A DNA stretch of 64,000 nt. Source: Carboxydocellales bacterium (GTDB lineage Bacteria > Bacillota > GCA-003054495 > Carboxydocellales > JAJZTU01). Shown here piece after piece: positions 21,136 to 32,761 of this stretch. The stretch spans positions 176,561 through 240,560 of the forward strand of contig JBAQLS010000003.1 of assembly GCA_049302075.1 (NCBI GenBank), read 5' to 3'. The notes beneath the pieces were generated by a model, which made no database searches, was not told where the DNA came from, and worked only from the letters and a program-made list of their open reading frames with translations. Position 1 is the first letter of the stretch. The number at the start of each line of letters is the position of its first letter. The position numbers were made by a program, and so were the translations under genes.

Positions 21136-23403
21136 TTAGAAAGAATGGGCTGAAAAATCTTTAACTTCTGCTTTTGGCTTTAAAACGGGTCTGATAATTC
21201 CCTCTTCGCTGTTGTATCCACATTCAGCAATGAGAATTTGTTCATAATCGTTAATTTTTATTCGTCCTATTTCAATACTGCGTGCTAAATATGAGGATAT
21301 GTCAACAGTATAATCTGAAATCCTACTCCGCGCTTTTGCTTTAATTGTTTTAGCTTGAACTTTGTCAACCCCACTGTAGTCTGATTTCAATTCATCTCTA
21401 GCACCCATGATTTCAGTCTCATGCTCTTCAAAAACCTTGCGAGGAATCACACTCACTGTATCGATGTCGCGGAACCTTTTACTAGCCTCTTTTCTGTCAA
21501 GTTCATAGGCCTGGTAGCATTGAACATAACGTACTAGGTCTGTGATAGCGGCATAGTACTCCGGCAGCTTCTCCTTTGTGTAGAGCGTTTCTACCATAGC
21601 CACTTTCTGATCTTCTCCAATCACTCCGTCAATAGACGTTAACGCTTCCTTAGAAAGTCTGTGAATTTCTTTATCAATAAATGCACCCACCCCGCTGCAG
21701 CGTTTGTCGCCGCCAGTAAATACAAAACAGTTATACGGAAGATCCAGCTCCCGTTTTCTGTAGCATCTACCCATCCGCTGGAATAAGCCATTTAAGTCGG
21801 ATAATTCCGTAAATAGCAAATCGAAATCAATATCCAAAGATGCTTCTACAATTTGGGTTGCAATCCAAACACCACTTTCAGTACTCTTCTTTTGCCCCAT
21901 TTGATAAATATGCTTCTCTTTTACCGCCCTGTCTGCTTTGGTAAAGCAACTATGGAGAAGATGTACCTGCTGTTTCTCTTCCCCCATTTTCTCTTTGAGC
22001 CTTTGATACAAATCAACCACACTTTTTACGGTATTACAAATTACTAAAATCTTCTTGCCGCCGTATTGTTTGCTGAAACTAAAAATATCCTCAACATTGA
22101 TTGCCTTATCCAACACCTTCAAGCTATGACGAATACTGTCGTCTGTAAAAATGCGAGGGGGTTCAAATTCAATTTCTTGCTCCCTCAACAAATCGATAAA
22201 AAACTGTGGCATAGTAGCTGTTAAGATAGCAAACTTACCACCCAGGCGGGTAATATAATGCAAGCCAAGGACTAGATAAGCCATTAATTCGTGAGAGTAC
22301 ATTTGCACCTCGTCAACAATCACTTTGGCATAAGATAATGTCGCCAACTTCTGCTCAAATCCCCTATAACGGAAAACAAAGCTAAATAGTTGATCCAAAG
22401 TGCAAATAGTCAGAGGCAAGGAAAGTTGCCTTGTTTTCGTGTAATAGTCATCAACCGATAGGTCTTCACCTTTTTCATTTTGTTTGTCTTTATCTCCCAG
22501 CTCACTCTGCTCAAGATAACGGATAAATGTGTCCGAATGAAGCATTCCGACCCGTTCATCCCACTTTTCCAACACGACATCTTTCGTGATGCGCTGATAA
22601 ATTGCATTAATAGCACTTTTAAGCGGCAGAGTAAAGAATCCTTTTTTATTCCCAAGCCATAAAAGGCCTGCCTCCGTCTTACCCATTCCAGTTTGAGCAA
22701 TCACAATAACATTCTTGTCTGCACTTCTTCGCATATATTTCTGCAAATCATTCCAATGCGCCCTTGTATTACTCTCCTGCCAGCGACCCATCAAGAGTTC
22801 CAATGATTCTTCCAGGAAATCATTGGTATTCTCAACCGGGACGTGTGCACTCGCAGCGTAATCCAAACGGTTGAGCAAGCCTTCAAGCATAATAAAGCGG
22901 AAAAATAATTCCCCCTGCTCCTCGTAAAATCTTTTATTTACACTGAAATAACGCTGATCGATTTCTTCAGCGAGAAATTTTCGGGGAAGTTTATCGTATT
23001 CAAAATGTTCGAGTGCATCACGTAGCCCTGCGAATTCTTTCTCAATATCAGCATTCTGAGACGGCATTTTCCGGTCATGGTGATAAGCCACCGCCTGAAA
23101 CAAAAGCTTAAGACCATCTTTTCCAAATTTCGATTTTAGTGCTTTGTAATCAATAAAAGCCAGACTCAAAAGGCCATGTGGAATTTCATCTGTAAATCTC
23201 TTCCCATTTTTAATTCGTTCCTGAAATTTATAATTCAGTTTGCCCAAGTCATGATAAATACAAGCCCACCGCAACAAATCCCAATCTACAGACATATTAG
23301 GAAATAGTTTTCGTAATAAATCCAAATTCATCAGTAGTTCATCAGAATGGCTCTGGATATCCTCTTTGGGATTTGACTTTGCCAAAGCGCGTTCGTCCAA
23401 CAC
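21136..23403 (-). CDS. cas3: Cas3 nuclease-helicase (HD domain fused to SF2 helicase)
   Basis: HD motif (IYHDLGK), Walker A (AQTGMGKTEA) and DExx box (VIVDEVQ). Confidence 0.92.
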   Translation of the reverse strand: MLDERALAKSNPKEDIQSHSDELLMNLDLLRKLFPNMSVDWDLLRWACIYHDLGKLNYKFQERIKNGKRFTDEIPHGLLSLAFIDYKALKSKFGKDGLKLLFQAVAYHHDRKMPSQNADIEKEFAGLRDALEHFEYDKLPRKFLAEEIDQRYFSVNKRFYEEQGELFFRFIMLEGLLNRLDYAASAHVPVENTNDFLEESLELLMGRWQESNTRAHWNDLQKYMRRSADKNVIVIAQTGMGKTEAGLLWLGNKKGFFTLPLKSAINAIYQRITKDVVLEKWDERVGMLHSDTFIRYLEQSELGDKDKQNEKGEDLSVDDYYTKTRQLSLPLTICTLDQLFSFVFRYRGFEQKLATLSYAKVIVDEVQMYSHELMAYLVLGLHYITRLGGKFAILTATMPQFFIDLLREQEIEFEPPRIFTDDSIRHSLKVLDKAINVEDIFSFSKQYGGKKILVICNTVKSVVDLYQRLKEKMGEEKQQVHLLHSCFTKADRAVKEKHIYQMGQKKSTESGVWIATQIVEASLDIDFDLLFTELSDLNGLFQRMGRCYRKRELDLPYNCFVFTGGDKRCSGVGAFIDKEIHRLSKEALTSIDGVIGEDQKVAMVETLYTKEKLPEYYAAITDLVRYVQCYQAYELDRKEASKRFRDIDTVSVIPRKVFEEHETEIMGARDELKSDYSGVDKVQAKTIKAKARSRISDYTVDISSYLARSIEIGRIKINDYEQILIAECGYNSEEGIIRPVLKPKAEVKDFSAHSF

Positions 23404-23411
23404 AATACCTC

Positions 23412-25023
<1,612 letters not shown>

Positions 25024-25056
25024 ACTGATTCCCCCTCAAAAATTTATTGTAGTGTT

Positions 25057-26757
25057 CTAATTGGTATCCTGTCCGTCAATCAAACCTGCGACAAAGGCAT
25101 AACCCATGGTGCTAAAACTCTTTTCTTGTCCTAAAACATCTGTAATAACCTTCGGAACTTGGCTGTTCACATAGAGGTAACAGTTGAGTGTCACATCCAT
25201 AAACATGTCAGTGTTAGAAGTTTTGAGAGCATTGAGTAACCGATAACAAATCCCCGGAAGCTTATTGTCCGAACCTTTGGCAGTATAATTCTTGCGCAGA
25301 TAATAACCCGCCGCTTTGGCTTTTTTGACTAGATCGGTGTTTACCTGCTCCTGTTCCATAGCATTTTCCATCTTCATTCCTCCCAAACTTGTATATATTC
25401 GCTGGTTAATCTTCAATAAATGATTCACATGGGACCCATTAAAATAGCATTTTGACGAATCAGAAAGTTTATAATGCAACATTCTATGGATTAAGGTAAA
25501 TAAATTCCGATTGTTGAAGATCCGGGCAATGACCTCGTCATAGATTTGAACACTTACCCCGTTTTCGCTAAAAGCCGTTTTAATCAAACTGTTTAATTCC
25601 TGCCCAGATGCTACAATGATATCCAGCATTTTTTTGGACAAGAGATTGAAACGATAGCTCTCATTTTCATATCGGACAACCTGAACATCAGCAAGCTCAT
25701 ATTTGGCCGCTTTATTTTCCGCTTCATGCAACGCACCTACCAAGGCATGATACACAGAGCGCATTCCTACTTCATGCGCGCGTAAAATGTCATTTTTAAT
25801 TTTAAAGTTAATGTTCAGCGCATTTCTTAATTGGATATTTGCATTCACATAAAGGCCCCGATCGTAAATATAGGTTACCCCTGCTGGTAAACAAGTATAT
25901 ATCAACTTGCACACCGGACAAATGGCTATGTCATTTTGAAAATTCCACACATGCGAAGATTTTTTTTCAACGTCAAAGCCGGTTTTGGTCAAAAAGCTCA
26001 AATTGTCTTTCAAATCCTTGATAGGTGTATCACAAACAAAGCAATGATATTTATATTTACTATTGTCACTCCTCAAGTAATTGGTTGCCGTATCCACAAA
26101 ATATGTTTTGTAATCGACGTAGACGTCTTTTTGCTCTGTCTTGGCGTTGAGAAAGCATACCCCATTCCAGGCATTTTTAATGATCGAATAAATGACATTC
26201 TTAGCGCCGATTTGCCGCTTCCCATCCGCACTATCGCAGTAGTCGATGATTTGCTGCAAAACAGCAAACGCTTGCTTAACTTCAGCGATCACTCTGTTTT
26301 TATCTACATCGAACTGCTGCTGATTTTTAGGTTCTTTGATTACAGCCAACTGTTTTTCCAGCGAGAGCATGTTAACATCCAAACCGATTAACTCGTAGGC
26401 GGCCTTGTAGCTGTTGCTTTTGCTATAACGCTTCACGTCTTTTATGTAAAAATTCAAGCTCTGAAGCGCTTTTAAGTCAAAACTTTCAAAATTGCTCTCT
26501 TCATAGGCATAAAGCTTGTCCTTATAAGTTACTATTTTGTACCATGACAATGTTTTCTCATAGGTATGAATTAAATATGCAAAATATTTGTCTTCGAACT
26601 TGTCCAGTAATTTTGCTGAGAATTCAACCGTGTCTACTCCCACAAAGCGGACATTTTCCTGCCCGACAACATTTATAAAACCTATTATCGCCGCATTCCA
26701 CTGCCAATCACCCAGTGTGAGTCGTATGGTATCGCTACTCATTTCATCCCTCCTCAC
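25057..26757 (-). CDS. cas8b: Cas8b (Cst1-type) large Cascade subunit
   Basis: 566 aa, positioned between cas6 and cas7, with a central four-Cys zinc ribbon (CFVC ... CPVC). Confidence 0.75.
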   Translation of the reverse strand: MRRDEMSSDTIRLTLGDWQWNAAIIGFINVVGQENVRFVGVDTVEFSAKLLDKFEDKYFAYLIHTYEKTLSWYKIVTYKDKLYAYEESNFESFDLKALQSLNFYIKDVKRYSKSNSYKAAYELIGLDVNMLSLEKQLAVIKEPKNQQQFDVDKNRVIAEVKQAFAVLQQIIDYCDSADGKRQIGAKNVIYSIIKNAWNGVCFLNAKTEQKDVYVDYKTYFVDTATNYLRSDNSKYKYHCFVCDTPIKDLKDNLSFLTKTGFDVEKKSSHVWNFQNDIAICPVCKLIYTCLPAGVTYIYDRGLYVNANIQLRNALNINFKIKNDILRAHEVGMRSVYHALVGALHEAENKAAKYELADVQVVRYENESYRFNLLSKKMLDIIVASGQELNSLIKTAFSENGVSVQIYDEVIARIFNNRNLFTLIHRMLHYKLSDSSKCYFNGSHVNHLLKINQRIYTSLGGMKMENAMEQEQVNTDLVKKAKAAGYYLRKNYTAKGSDNKLPGICYRLLNALKTSNTDMFMDVTLNCYLYVNSQVPKVITDVLGQEKSFSTMGYAFVAGLIDGQDTN

Positions 26758-27485
26758 ACTACATCGAGGCAGCCAAAGCCCATCGATCTCTTGCTGCCCA
26801 CTCCCGCCATATAGAGGTATTCAAGCAAATATTTTTCCCCTTCCAGTACCAAGCTGCCGATGGTACAGGGAATGTAAATTCCGTAACTTTTAATCACTGT
26901 TTTTTTTAGATTAATTGGCTTGATGCGCAAGGCATTAATATCACCGCTGACATCTCGACCCAAGGCATTTTCCAGTTCGGTTTTTAAGTTTCGTTTCCAA
27001 ATTTTCTCGAATCCGTCGTCCTCAAAAGTGAGATACCAGTCCTTCCCTTCTTTTCCATCATGATCCCGGATGACTATAGGAGATAGGATTTTAAAGCGAA
27101 CAGTAGTGTCCGTGATGGAATGTTCTTGCACTTTAGTTATTGATAGGGCCTTTAACTTATTATTGCAATCAGCCAGAGGAAACCACTTGTTGCGGCGAGT
27201 CATAAAAGCATTCACTAGATGCACACCCATCAAAACATCTCGCGTGGTAAGCCAGACCAGAAAGCGTTTGCTGTGAAGAGTGATTCCGTCTTTAGCAATA
27301 GTTACTTCCTGTGTAAAATATATACTAAAGCAAAAAGACTTGGGAGAGTGTCCTTGTCCGTATAATGCCATAAAAAGATCTTGATTGTAATCCATTAATG
27401 CTTCTTTTAGATAAGATAAAAACTTTCTGCGATAATCAATAGGCAACTCTTCACATCCTGTTTCAAACTCGATTTTAATACGCAT
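26754..27485 (-). CDS. cas6: Cas6 crRNA endoribonuclease
   Basis: 243 aa, first gene of the operon, with a C-terminal glycine-rich loop (GVGSKRSMGFGCL). Confidence 0.85.
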   Translation of the reverse strand: MRIKIEFETGCEELPIDYRRKFLSYLKEALMDYNQDLFMALYGQGHSPKSFCFSIYFTQEVTIAKDGITLHSKRFLVWLTTRDVLMGVHLVNAFMTRRNKWFPLADCNNKLKALSITKVQEHSITDTTVRFKILSPIVIRDHDGKEGKDWYLTFEDDGFEKIWKRNLKTELENALGRDVSGDINALRIKPINLKKTVIKSYGIYIPCTIGSLVLEGEKYLLEYLYMAGVGSKRSMGFGCLDVV

Positions 27486-27970
27486 TGCTCCACCTCCTCA
27501 TATAGATTAAATAGACTCTCGGCATTCGCCGAGTCAGTTGAAACACAGGTTCCCCTGAACCAACCTTTTGACATTCCTCCTACTTTTTGTGGGAGGATAT
27601 TTGTTATTTACCCAGATAAACTGGAAATTCGAACACAAAAATAAATGCTCGGCAAATGCCAAAACCTTGGAAAAAGCACTTGACTTTTTCAAACGCCAAG
27701 TATAATGATTCATAGTAAGTGCCATTCGTCTTTCATTTTTTCGCCTGAATTATCTCACCTAAAACTGACAACTGATTGTCATTCCAAAACTCTAACCATA
27801 AAAATAATTATCGGTTCGGTATTATACAAATTATTCAAATTATACCTAGTTTTAGTTAATATACTACACGATACCCGATTTTCCTCCTCTTTATCTCCGC
27901 CTTTATAAAATTAAACAGGATAAAGCCATATGATTAATACCGTTTAAGGCTTTATTTTCTGAGTTACAGT

Positions 27971-28017
27971 AAAAAAGCAATGCAAAAAGGGTTTCAGCAT
28001 AAAAGCTGAAACCCTTT
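27971..28017 (-). terminator. Rho-independent terminator after the AhpD-like gene
   Basis: Perfect hairpin aagggtttcagc-ataaaa-gctgaaaccctt, with a T-rich tract on the minus strand. Confidence 0.6.
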
Positions 28018-28072
28018 AAAATATCCCTGCGAAAGGAATGGATTCATTATTATCTCATAAAATGGGGTCGTC

Positions 28073-28594
28073 TTAACTTTCGATTTCCACTCCGGTATTC
28101 TCCAAGAATCGCGCTACCATGTTATAAAGCCCAATGACCAGGGTGAGTTCCACCAATTCCCGATGACTGAGGAACTGGGTGAGTTCTTCAAAGGCCGCTT
28201 CACTTGATTTAACCTGCAGGGTGACTTCCTCTGTGTATCTAAGCACAGCCCGTTCCTGCTGATTAAAAACCGGACTTTCCTTGCTTTGCCGAACAGCCTG
28301 AATTTGCTCCTCCGGCACACCTGCCTGCTTGGCTATGATTTCGTGCTGGTACCATTCATAATGGGAATCGCACAAAGTAGCGATGCGCAAGATGGCTAAC
28401 TCCCGCAGACGGGCATCCAATTGGCCTTGGGTGAGTAGCGAATTACTCAGGCGCATGAAATGGCGTGCGCTATTTTCGGCATGAGCAACCATCTTGTTGA
28501 TATTTAATGCGCTCAACTCCGACTTGCCCCCGGTTATCATGCTCCGGGTCTTTTCCGGCATCTCCTTTAATGCTAATATAGGTAATCTTGGCAT
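28073..28594 (-). CDS. Carboxymuconolactone decarboxylase / AhpD-like family protein
   Basis: 173 aa all-helical pattern with a conserved HExxxH-like region (HYEWYQHE). Confidence 0.6.
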   Translation of the reverse strand: MPRLPILALKEMPEKTRSMITGGKSELSALNINKMVAHAENSARHFMRLSNSLLTQGQLDARLRELAILRIATLCDSHYEWYQHEIIAKQAGVPEEQIQAVRQSKESPVFNQQERAVLRYTEEVTLQVKSSEAAFEELTQFLSHRELVELTLVIGLYNMVARFLENTGVEIES

Positions 28595-28642
28595 TAACCT
28601 CTTCCTCCCTTAGTTGGTTTAATTATGTAGACATAATGTGTT

Positions 28643-29629
28643 CTATTCGTTCTTCTGATTAAAGATATTGACTCCCTCTCGTTCCGTTAATTCTAATTCG
28701 CCCCGGTATACCAAGTGCATCATATGGGCCGCAGTCTCAGTAATGGCAAACCTAAGATCATAGTGGCTGATTTTTTTCCCGAAAACCTGCTTACATATGC
28801 TATAGACTGTAGCACCCCCCGCCGTCAGCTCTTTCATTAACTGTAACCTTTCCTTATGATGCTCCTGTAGATAATGAATTCTCTCCCGAAAATTGGTAAA
28901 GGGATTACCATGAGCAGGCAAAACCATTATAACTGGCAGCCGGAGGTTCGCCTCTAAAGATTGCAGGTAATTATTTAGGGGATCCGGATGAGCGTTCGGA
29001 CATAAACTAATATTGGAAGTTATCTTCGGCAATAAGTGATCTCCAGAGATTAAAACACCGAATTCTTCGTTAAAATAGCAAATATGACCGTCGGAATGGC
29101 CGGGAGTAATCAAAGCGCGATAACGGTAATCACCAAGCTGAACCATGCTATCTGCTTCCACAGTACTTTCAACCGGAATTGGCAGCATGGCAACTTCCAA
29201 ATCACTCATTACTCCGCCCATACCCTCAAGCATATCAGCCGGTACACCATAAGCTTTGAACATCTCTTTCAGGTCTTGCCGGGTTTCGGTATTCATCTCG
29301 TCCGATTTAGTTAATCCGAGCTTATTAATTTCATTCCAATCCTCAGCTGTGATAAAAACCGGGGCACCGGTAATTCCTTGCAACCAGCCAGCCGCCCCCA
29401 TATGGTCAGCATGGAAATGGGTTACATAAATAGCCCGGACATCCTGTTCTGTAATACCCTGATCTGCCATAAATTGCTGCCAGGCCTGCCTGGTCTCTTC
29501 ATTATTTAATCCGGCGTCAATAAAACACCAACCCTCGCTGCCTTTTATCCCGTAACAATTAACATGATTAAGCCGGAAAGGCAACTTCAGCTTGACCTTA
29601 TAAATCCCTAATTGCTCATGTACTATCAT
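28643..29629 (-). CDS. MBL-fold metallo-hydrolase
   Basis: HxHxDH motif (THFHADH) plus downstream His/Asp ligands. Confidence 0.85.
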   Translation of the reverse strand: MIVHEQLGIYKVKLKLPFRLNHVNCYGIKGSEGWCFIDAGLNNEETRQAWQQFMADQGITEQDVRAIYVTHFHADHMGAAGWLQGITGAPVFITAEDWNEINKLGLTKSDEMNTETRQDLKEMFKAYGVPADMLEGMGGVMSDLEVAMLPIPVESTVEADSMVQLGDYRYRALITPGHSDGHICYFNEEFGVLISGDHLLPKITSNISLCPNAHPDPLNNYLQSLEANLRLPVIMVLPAHGNPFTNFRERIHYLQEHHKERLQLMKELTAGGATVYSICKQVFGKKISHYDLRFAITETAAHMMHLVYRGELELTEREGVNIFNQKNE

Positions 29630-29680
29630 TTATAAACACCTTCTATATTTTGCATACTAATTGCCAAAACAGTCCAGAGA

Positions 29681-29995
29681 TTACAGTTCCAATTTTAACC
29701 TTCGTTTCTTCCCTTGCGATATAGCACGAAACTGTAGGGTAAGGGGTGCTTTGTTTAAGTTGACCAAATCAACTCTGTCTGTCCCCAGAAATTGAGACAG
29801 GCTTAATAAAAATCCAGCTTCATCTTTAAGCTCAAGTTTCTTGTTAAATAACACCGCAAAATCTATATCACTTAGGGCAGTCTGATTGCTCGTCCCATAT
29901 GAACCAAATAAAAAGGCAGTAAGCACTTCAGGAATGCCGGCCAAAAAAACAGGCAGCTTTTTCAATTGTTGGTCCAACTTTAGCAGTTCCGGCAT
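29681..29995 (-). CDS. Minimal nucleotidyltransferase (MNT/MntA-like) domain protein, no HEPN partner
   Basis: GSxGxxxxxxxSDID motif (GSYGTSNQTALSDIDFAV). Confidence 0.7.
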   Translation of the reverse strand: MPELLKLDQQLKKLPVFLAGIPEVLTAFLFGSYGTSNQTALSDIDFAVLFNKKLELKDEAGFLLSLSQFLGTDRVDLVNLNKAPLTLQFRAISQGKKRRLKLEL

Positions 29996-30075
29996 TTGTC
30001 TCCTCCTCCTTATTCTACCTTATTCTAGCAATGATCTACCAGCAAGTCAATGAAAGTAAATTGTCGAAAAGACAC

Positions 30076-31623
30076 TTAACCTTTGTCCGAAAAACCCTGA
30101 TTGACCTGGGAAGCAGGCATAAAGAAAACCAAGGCCAAACTAACAATTCCCAAAGCCAGCACCGCCCAATAAACCCCGTGTAGTGAGGAAGCCAAGCCTT
30201 GCTTAAGTGTGGTTAACACACTCTCCGGAAAAGCAGCCCGGCCTTTAGGGTCAAGTAAAATGTTCGCCACGTCCAATTTGATTGGCAGGTTAAGCTGAGC
30301 TGCTTTATCTTTTAAATAGCTTGTCATCTGGCTGTTTAAAATTCCACCGAACATCGCCGCTCCCACGGTATTCCCTAAAATTCGCATAAACATATTCGAG
30401 GCGGTGGCTACTCCCCTGGTTTTCCAGTCCACACTACTTTGAATTGCCACCACAAAAGTTGTGGACATCAAACCCATGCCCACCCCAATGCAGAAAGAAC
30501 CCGCAGCTGCCCACAGCGGACCACTTTCCGGGTTGAGAGTTACAAAGAACAATGAACCAATAAACAAGGCCATCGCCCCGGACACAGCAGTTTTTCGGTA
30601 ACCGTATTTTAGCATCAACTTTCCTGAAAAAGTTGAGGACAGTGGCCACCCAATGGACATCATGCTCAGGGTAAAACCGGCAACAGCAGGTGTCCGTCCC
30701 ATTACACCTTGCACATATGCGGGAAGAAAGCTGGTAATTCCAATCATTACTGCTCCAGTGGTAAAGGCAGCTAGGTTAGCAATAGTTATCAGGGGACTTT
30801 TCCAAATATCCAGCGGCATTACCGGCTCTTCAGCCCGTTTCTCCTGGATAATAAATAAACTAAACATTAAACAGACCAAGCCTAAAAGGGAAAAGATGGG
30901 CCCAGAAACCCAGGGCCAAGTGGTGCCACCACTAATTAAAACAATCATTAAGGTGCTGATAAGTACAAGTAGTAAGCCTGACCCTAAGTAATCAATATTG
31001 TGCTGCATTACTGCAATGTGCTCATGAAGAAATAGCCATATAAACAAGATGCAAAGCAGGCCTAGGGGAATGTTAATCCAAAACACCCAGGCCCAATTCA
31101 AGTATTGAACGAATATAGCTCCCAAGGCTGGTCCGATTATTGAGGAGATTCCCCATACACTGGCAATATAGCCTTGAATTTTAGCCCGCTCTTGAACTGA
31201 ATAAATATCCCCTATGATGGTTGTAGCTATTGGCAATGTCGCCCCGGCACCAATCCCTTGAATTAATCTAAAGAGGATGAGCATTTTCATGGTGGGGGCA
31301 AAACCACAGAGCAGGGAGCCAATTAGAAACACCGTCACTCCAAAGGTGAAAACCGGCTTCCGTCCAAACAAGTCAGCTAATTTCCCGTAAATTGGGATAG
31401 TGATAGCCTGGGCTAATAAATAGGCGGAAAAAACCCAAGTAAATAAGGAAAACCCACCCAAGTCGCCAATAATGCCTGGCATGGCCGTGGCCACGATTGT
31501 TGCTTCTATCGCCCCAATAAACATGGCTAGCATAATGCTGGCTAAAACTAGCGGTCGGTTAGTTTTACTTTGTTCCATCTTGCCCGCTTTAGGTTTGGCT
31601 ATGCGTTGCTTCAAAAGTTTCAC
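30076..31623 (-). CDS. MFS transporter, 14-TM DHA2 (EmrB/QacA) type
   Basis: 515 aa polytopic protein with MFS motif A (GKLADLFGRKP). Confidence 0.85.
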   Translation of the reverse strand: MKLLKQRIAKPKAGKMEQSKTNRPLVLASIMLAMFIGAIEATIVATAMPGIIGDLGGFSLFTWVFSAYLLAQAITIPIYGKLADLFGRKPVFTFGVTVFLIGSLLCGFAPTMKMLILFRLIQGIGAGATLPIATTIIGDIYSVQERAKIQGYIASVWGISSIIGPALGAIFVQYLNWAWVFWINIPLGLLCILFIWLFLHEHIAVMQHNIDYLGSGLLLVLISTLMIVLISGGTTWPWVSGPIFSLLGLVCLMFSLFIIQEKRAEEPVMPLDIWKSPLITIANLAAFTTGAVMIGITSFLPAYVQGVMGRTPAVAGFTLSMMSIGWPLSSTFSGKLMLKYGYRKTAVSGAMALFIGSLFFVTLNPESGPLWAAAGSFCIGVGMGLMSTTFVVAIQSSVDWKTRGVATASNMFMRILGNTVGAAMFGGILNSQMTSYLKDKAAQLNLPIKLDVANILLDPKGRAAFPESVLTTLKQGLASSLHGVYWAVLALGIVSLALVFFMPASQVNQGFSDKG

Positions 31624-31808
31624 TCCTTATGCCGAAAGCTTGCTTTAAAAGGGCTGAAGCTAGAACTGCCCCTTTATTAATATTAATAATAGCTATTGCT
31701 TTGTCCTCGTCCTTGTCGATCCTAATTAACCTAAATGTATAGGAGTGTTACTATGGGGAACATTAAAATAGTACATTAAAATATTAACATAAATCAGTAC
31801 TAGGTGAA

Positions 31809-31832
31809 AGTAACTTATAAAGTAACTTATAA
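31809..31832. repeat. Perfect tandem 12-mer (AGTAACTTATAA x2) in the MFS/ku divergent promoter region
   Basis: 31809-31820 and 31821-31832 are identical. Confidence 0.9.
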
Positions 31833-31909
31833 AATAGCGCAAAAATAATAATATTACAAATTGCGACAATACAAGCAAATGAAACCAAGTAATCAGGAGG
31901 TAACCATTT

Positions 31910-32734
31910 ATGCGCAGTATGTGGAAAGGGGCCATTAGCTTTGGCTTGGTGAATATCCCGGTAAAATTGTATACCGCTACGGAAAAAAAAGATGTTAAAT
32001 TTAATTATCTCCACTCAGTCTGTAAAACACCTGTCCAATATCAAAAAGTCTGTCCTGTTTGTCAGCGGGAGGTACCCATGGAAGAAATTGTCCGAGGTTA
32101 TGAGTACCAAAAGGGCAAATATGTGCTAATTGCTGAAGATGATTTAGAAAATCTTCCTGCTGCCACCGCTCGGGCGGTAGAAATTCTAGACTTTATTGAT
32201 CTAGCAGAAATAGACCCCCTATATTATGATAAATCCTATTACCTTACTCCCAATGAAGGGGGGCAAAAAGCCTATGCCTTACTTAAAAAAGCTATGCAGG
32301 ATACAGGCAAAATCGCCATTGCCAAGGTGGTTATTCGCTCCAAACAGTCTCTAGCTGCCATAAGGATCCATCAAGAAGCCTTGGTAATGGAAACCATGTT
32401 TTTCCCGGAGGAAATCCGTTCCACCAAATTCCTGGCGGAGCTGGACTATCAAACCGAACTCCATGATAACGAACTAAAAATGGCCATAAGCCTGATTAAT
32501 AGTTTGGCCGCCACCTTTGACCCAGAAAAATATAACAATGAATACCGGGCAGCCCTAATGGAGGTTATTCAGGCTAAAATTGCTGGTGAGGAAATCTCCA
32601 TCCCCGCCCAGGCCCCAACTGGTAAAGTGGTAGATCTAATGGAGGCTTTAAAAGCCAGTATTCAATTGGCTAAAACGGTAAAAACCGCCAAAGCAACTAA
32701 AGCACGGGCTAAATCAACTCGTAAAACATCCTAG
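31910..32734 (+). CDS. ku: Ku protein (non-homologous end joining)
   Basis: The N-terminus MWKGAISFGLVNIPVKLY is canonical bacterial Ku; there is a basic C-terminal tail. Confidence 0.95.
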   Translation: MRSMWKGAISFGLVNIPVKLYTATEKKDVKFNYLHSVCKTPVQYQKVCPVCQREVPMEEIVRGYEYQKGKYVLIAEDDLENLPAATARAVEILDFIDLAEIDPLYYDKSYYLTPNEGGQKAYALLKKAMQDTGKIAIAKVVIRSKQSLAAIRIHQEALVMETMFFPEEIRSTKFLAELDYQTELHDNELKMAISLINSLAATFDPEKYNNEYRAALMEVIQAKIAGEEISIPAQAPTGKVVDLMEALKASIQLAKTVKTAKATKARAKSTRKTS

Positions 32735-32761
32735 GTTGACCCCTAAGGAGGAAGTGTATTT

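Noticed and set aside
31726-32014. ORFs 31726..31935 and 31784..32014 (-)
   Set aside because: They lie in the AT-rich divergent promoter region and overlap the ku start. Their repetitive Phe/Ile/Leu/Tyr composition derives from the AT-rich tandem repeat.
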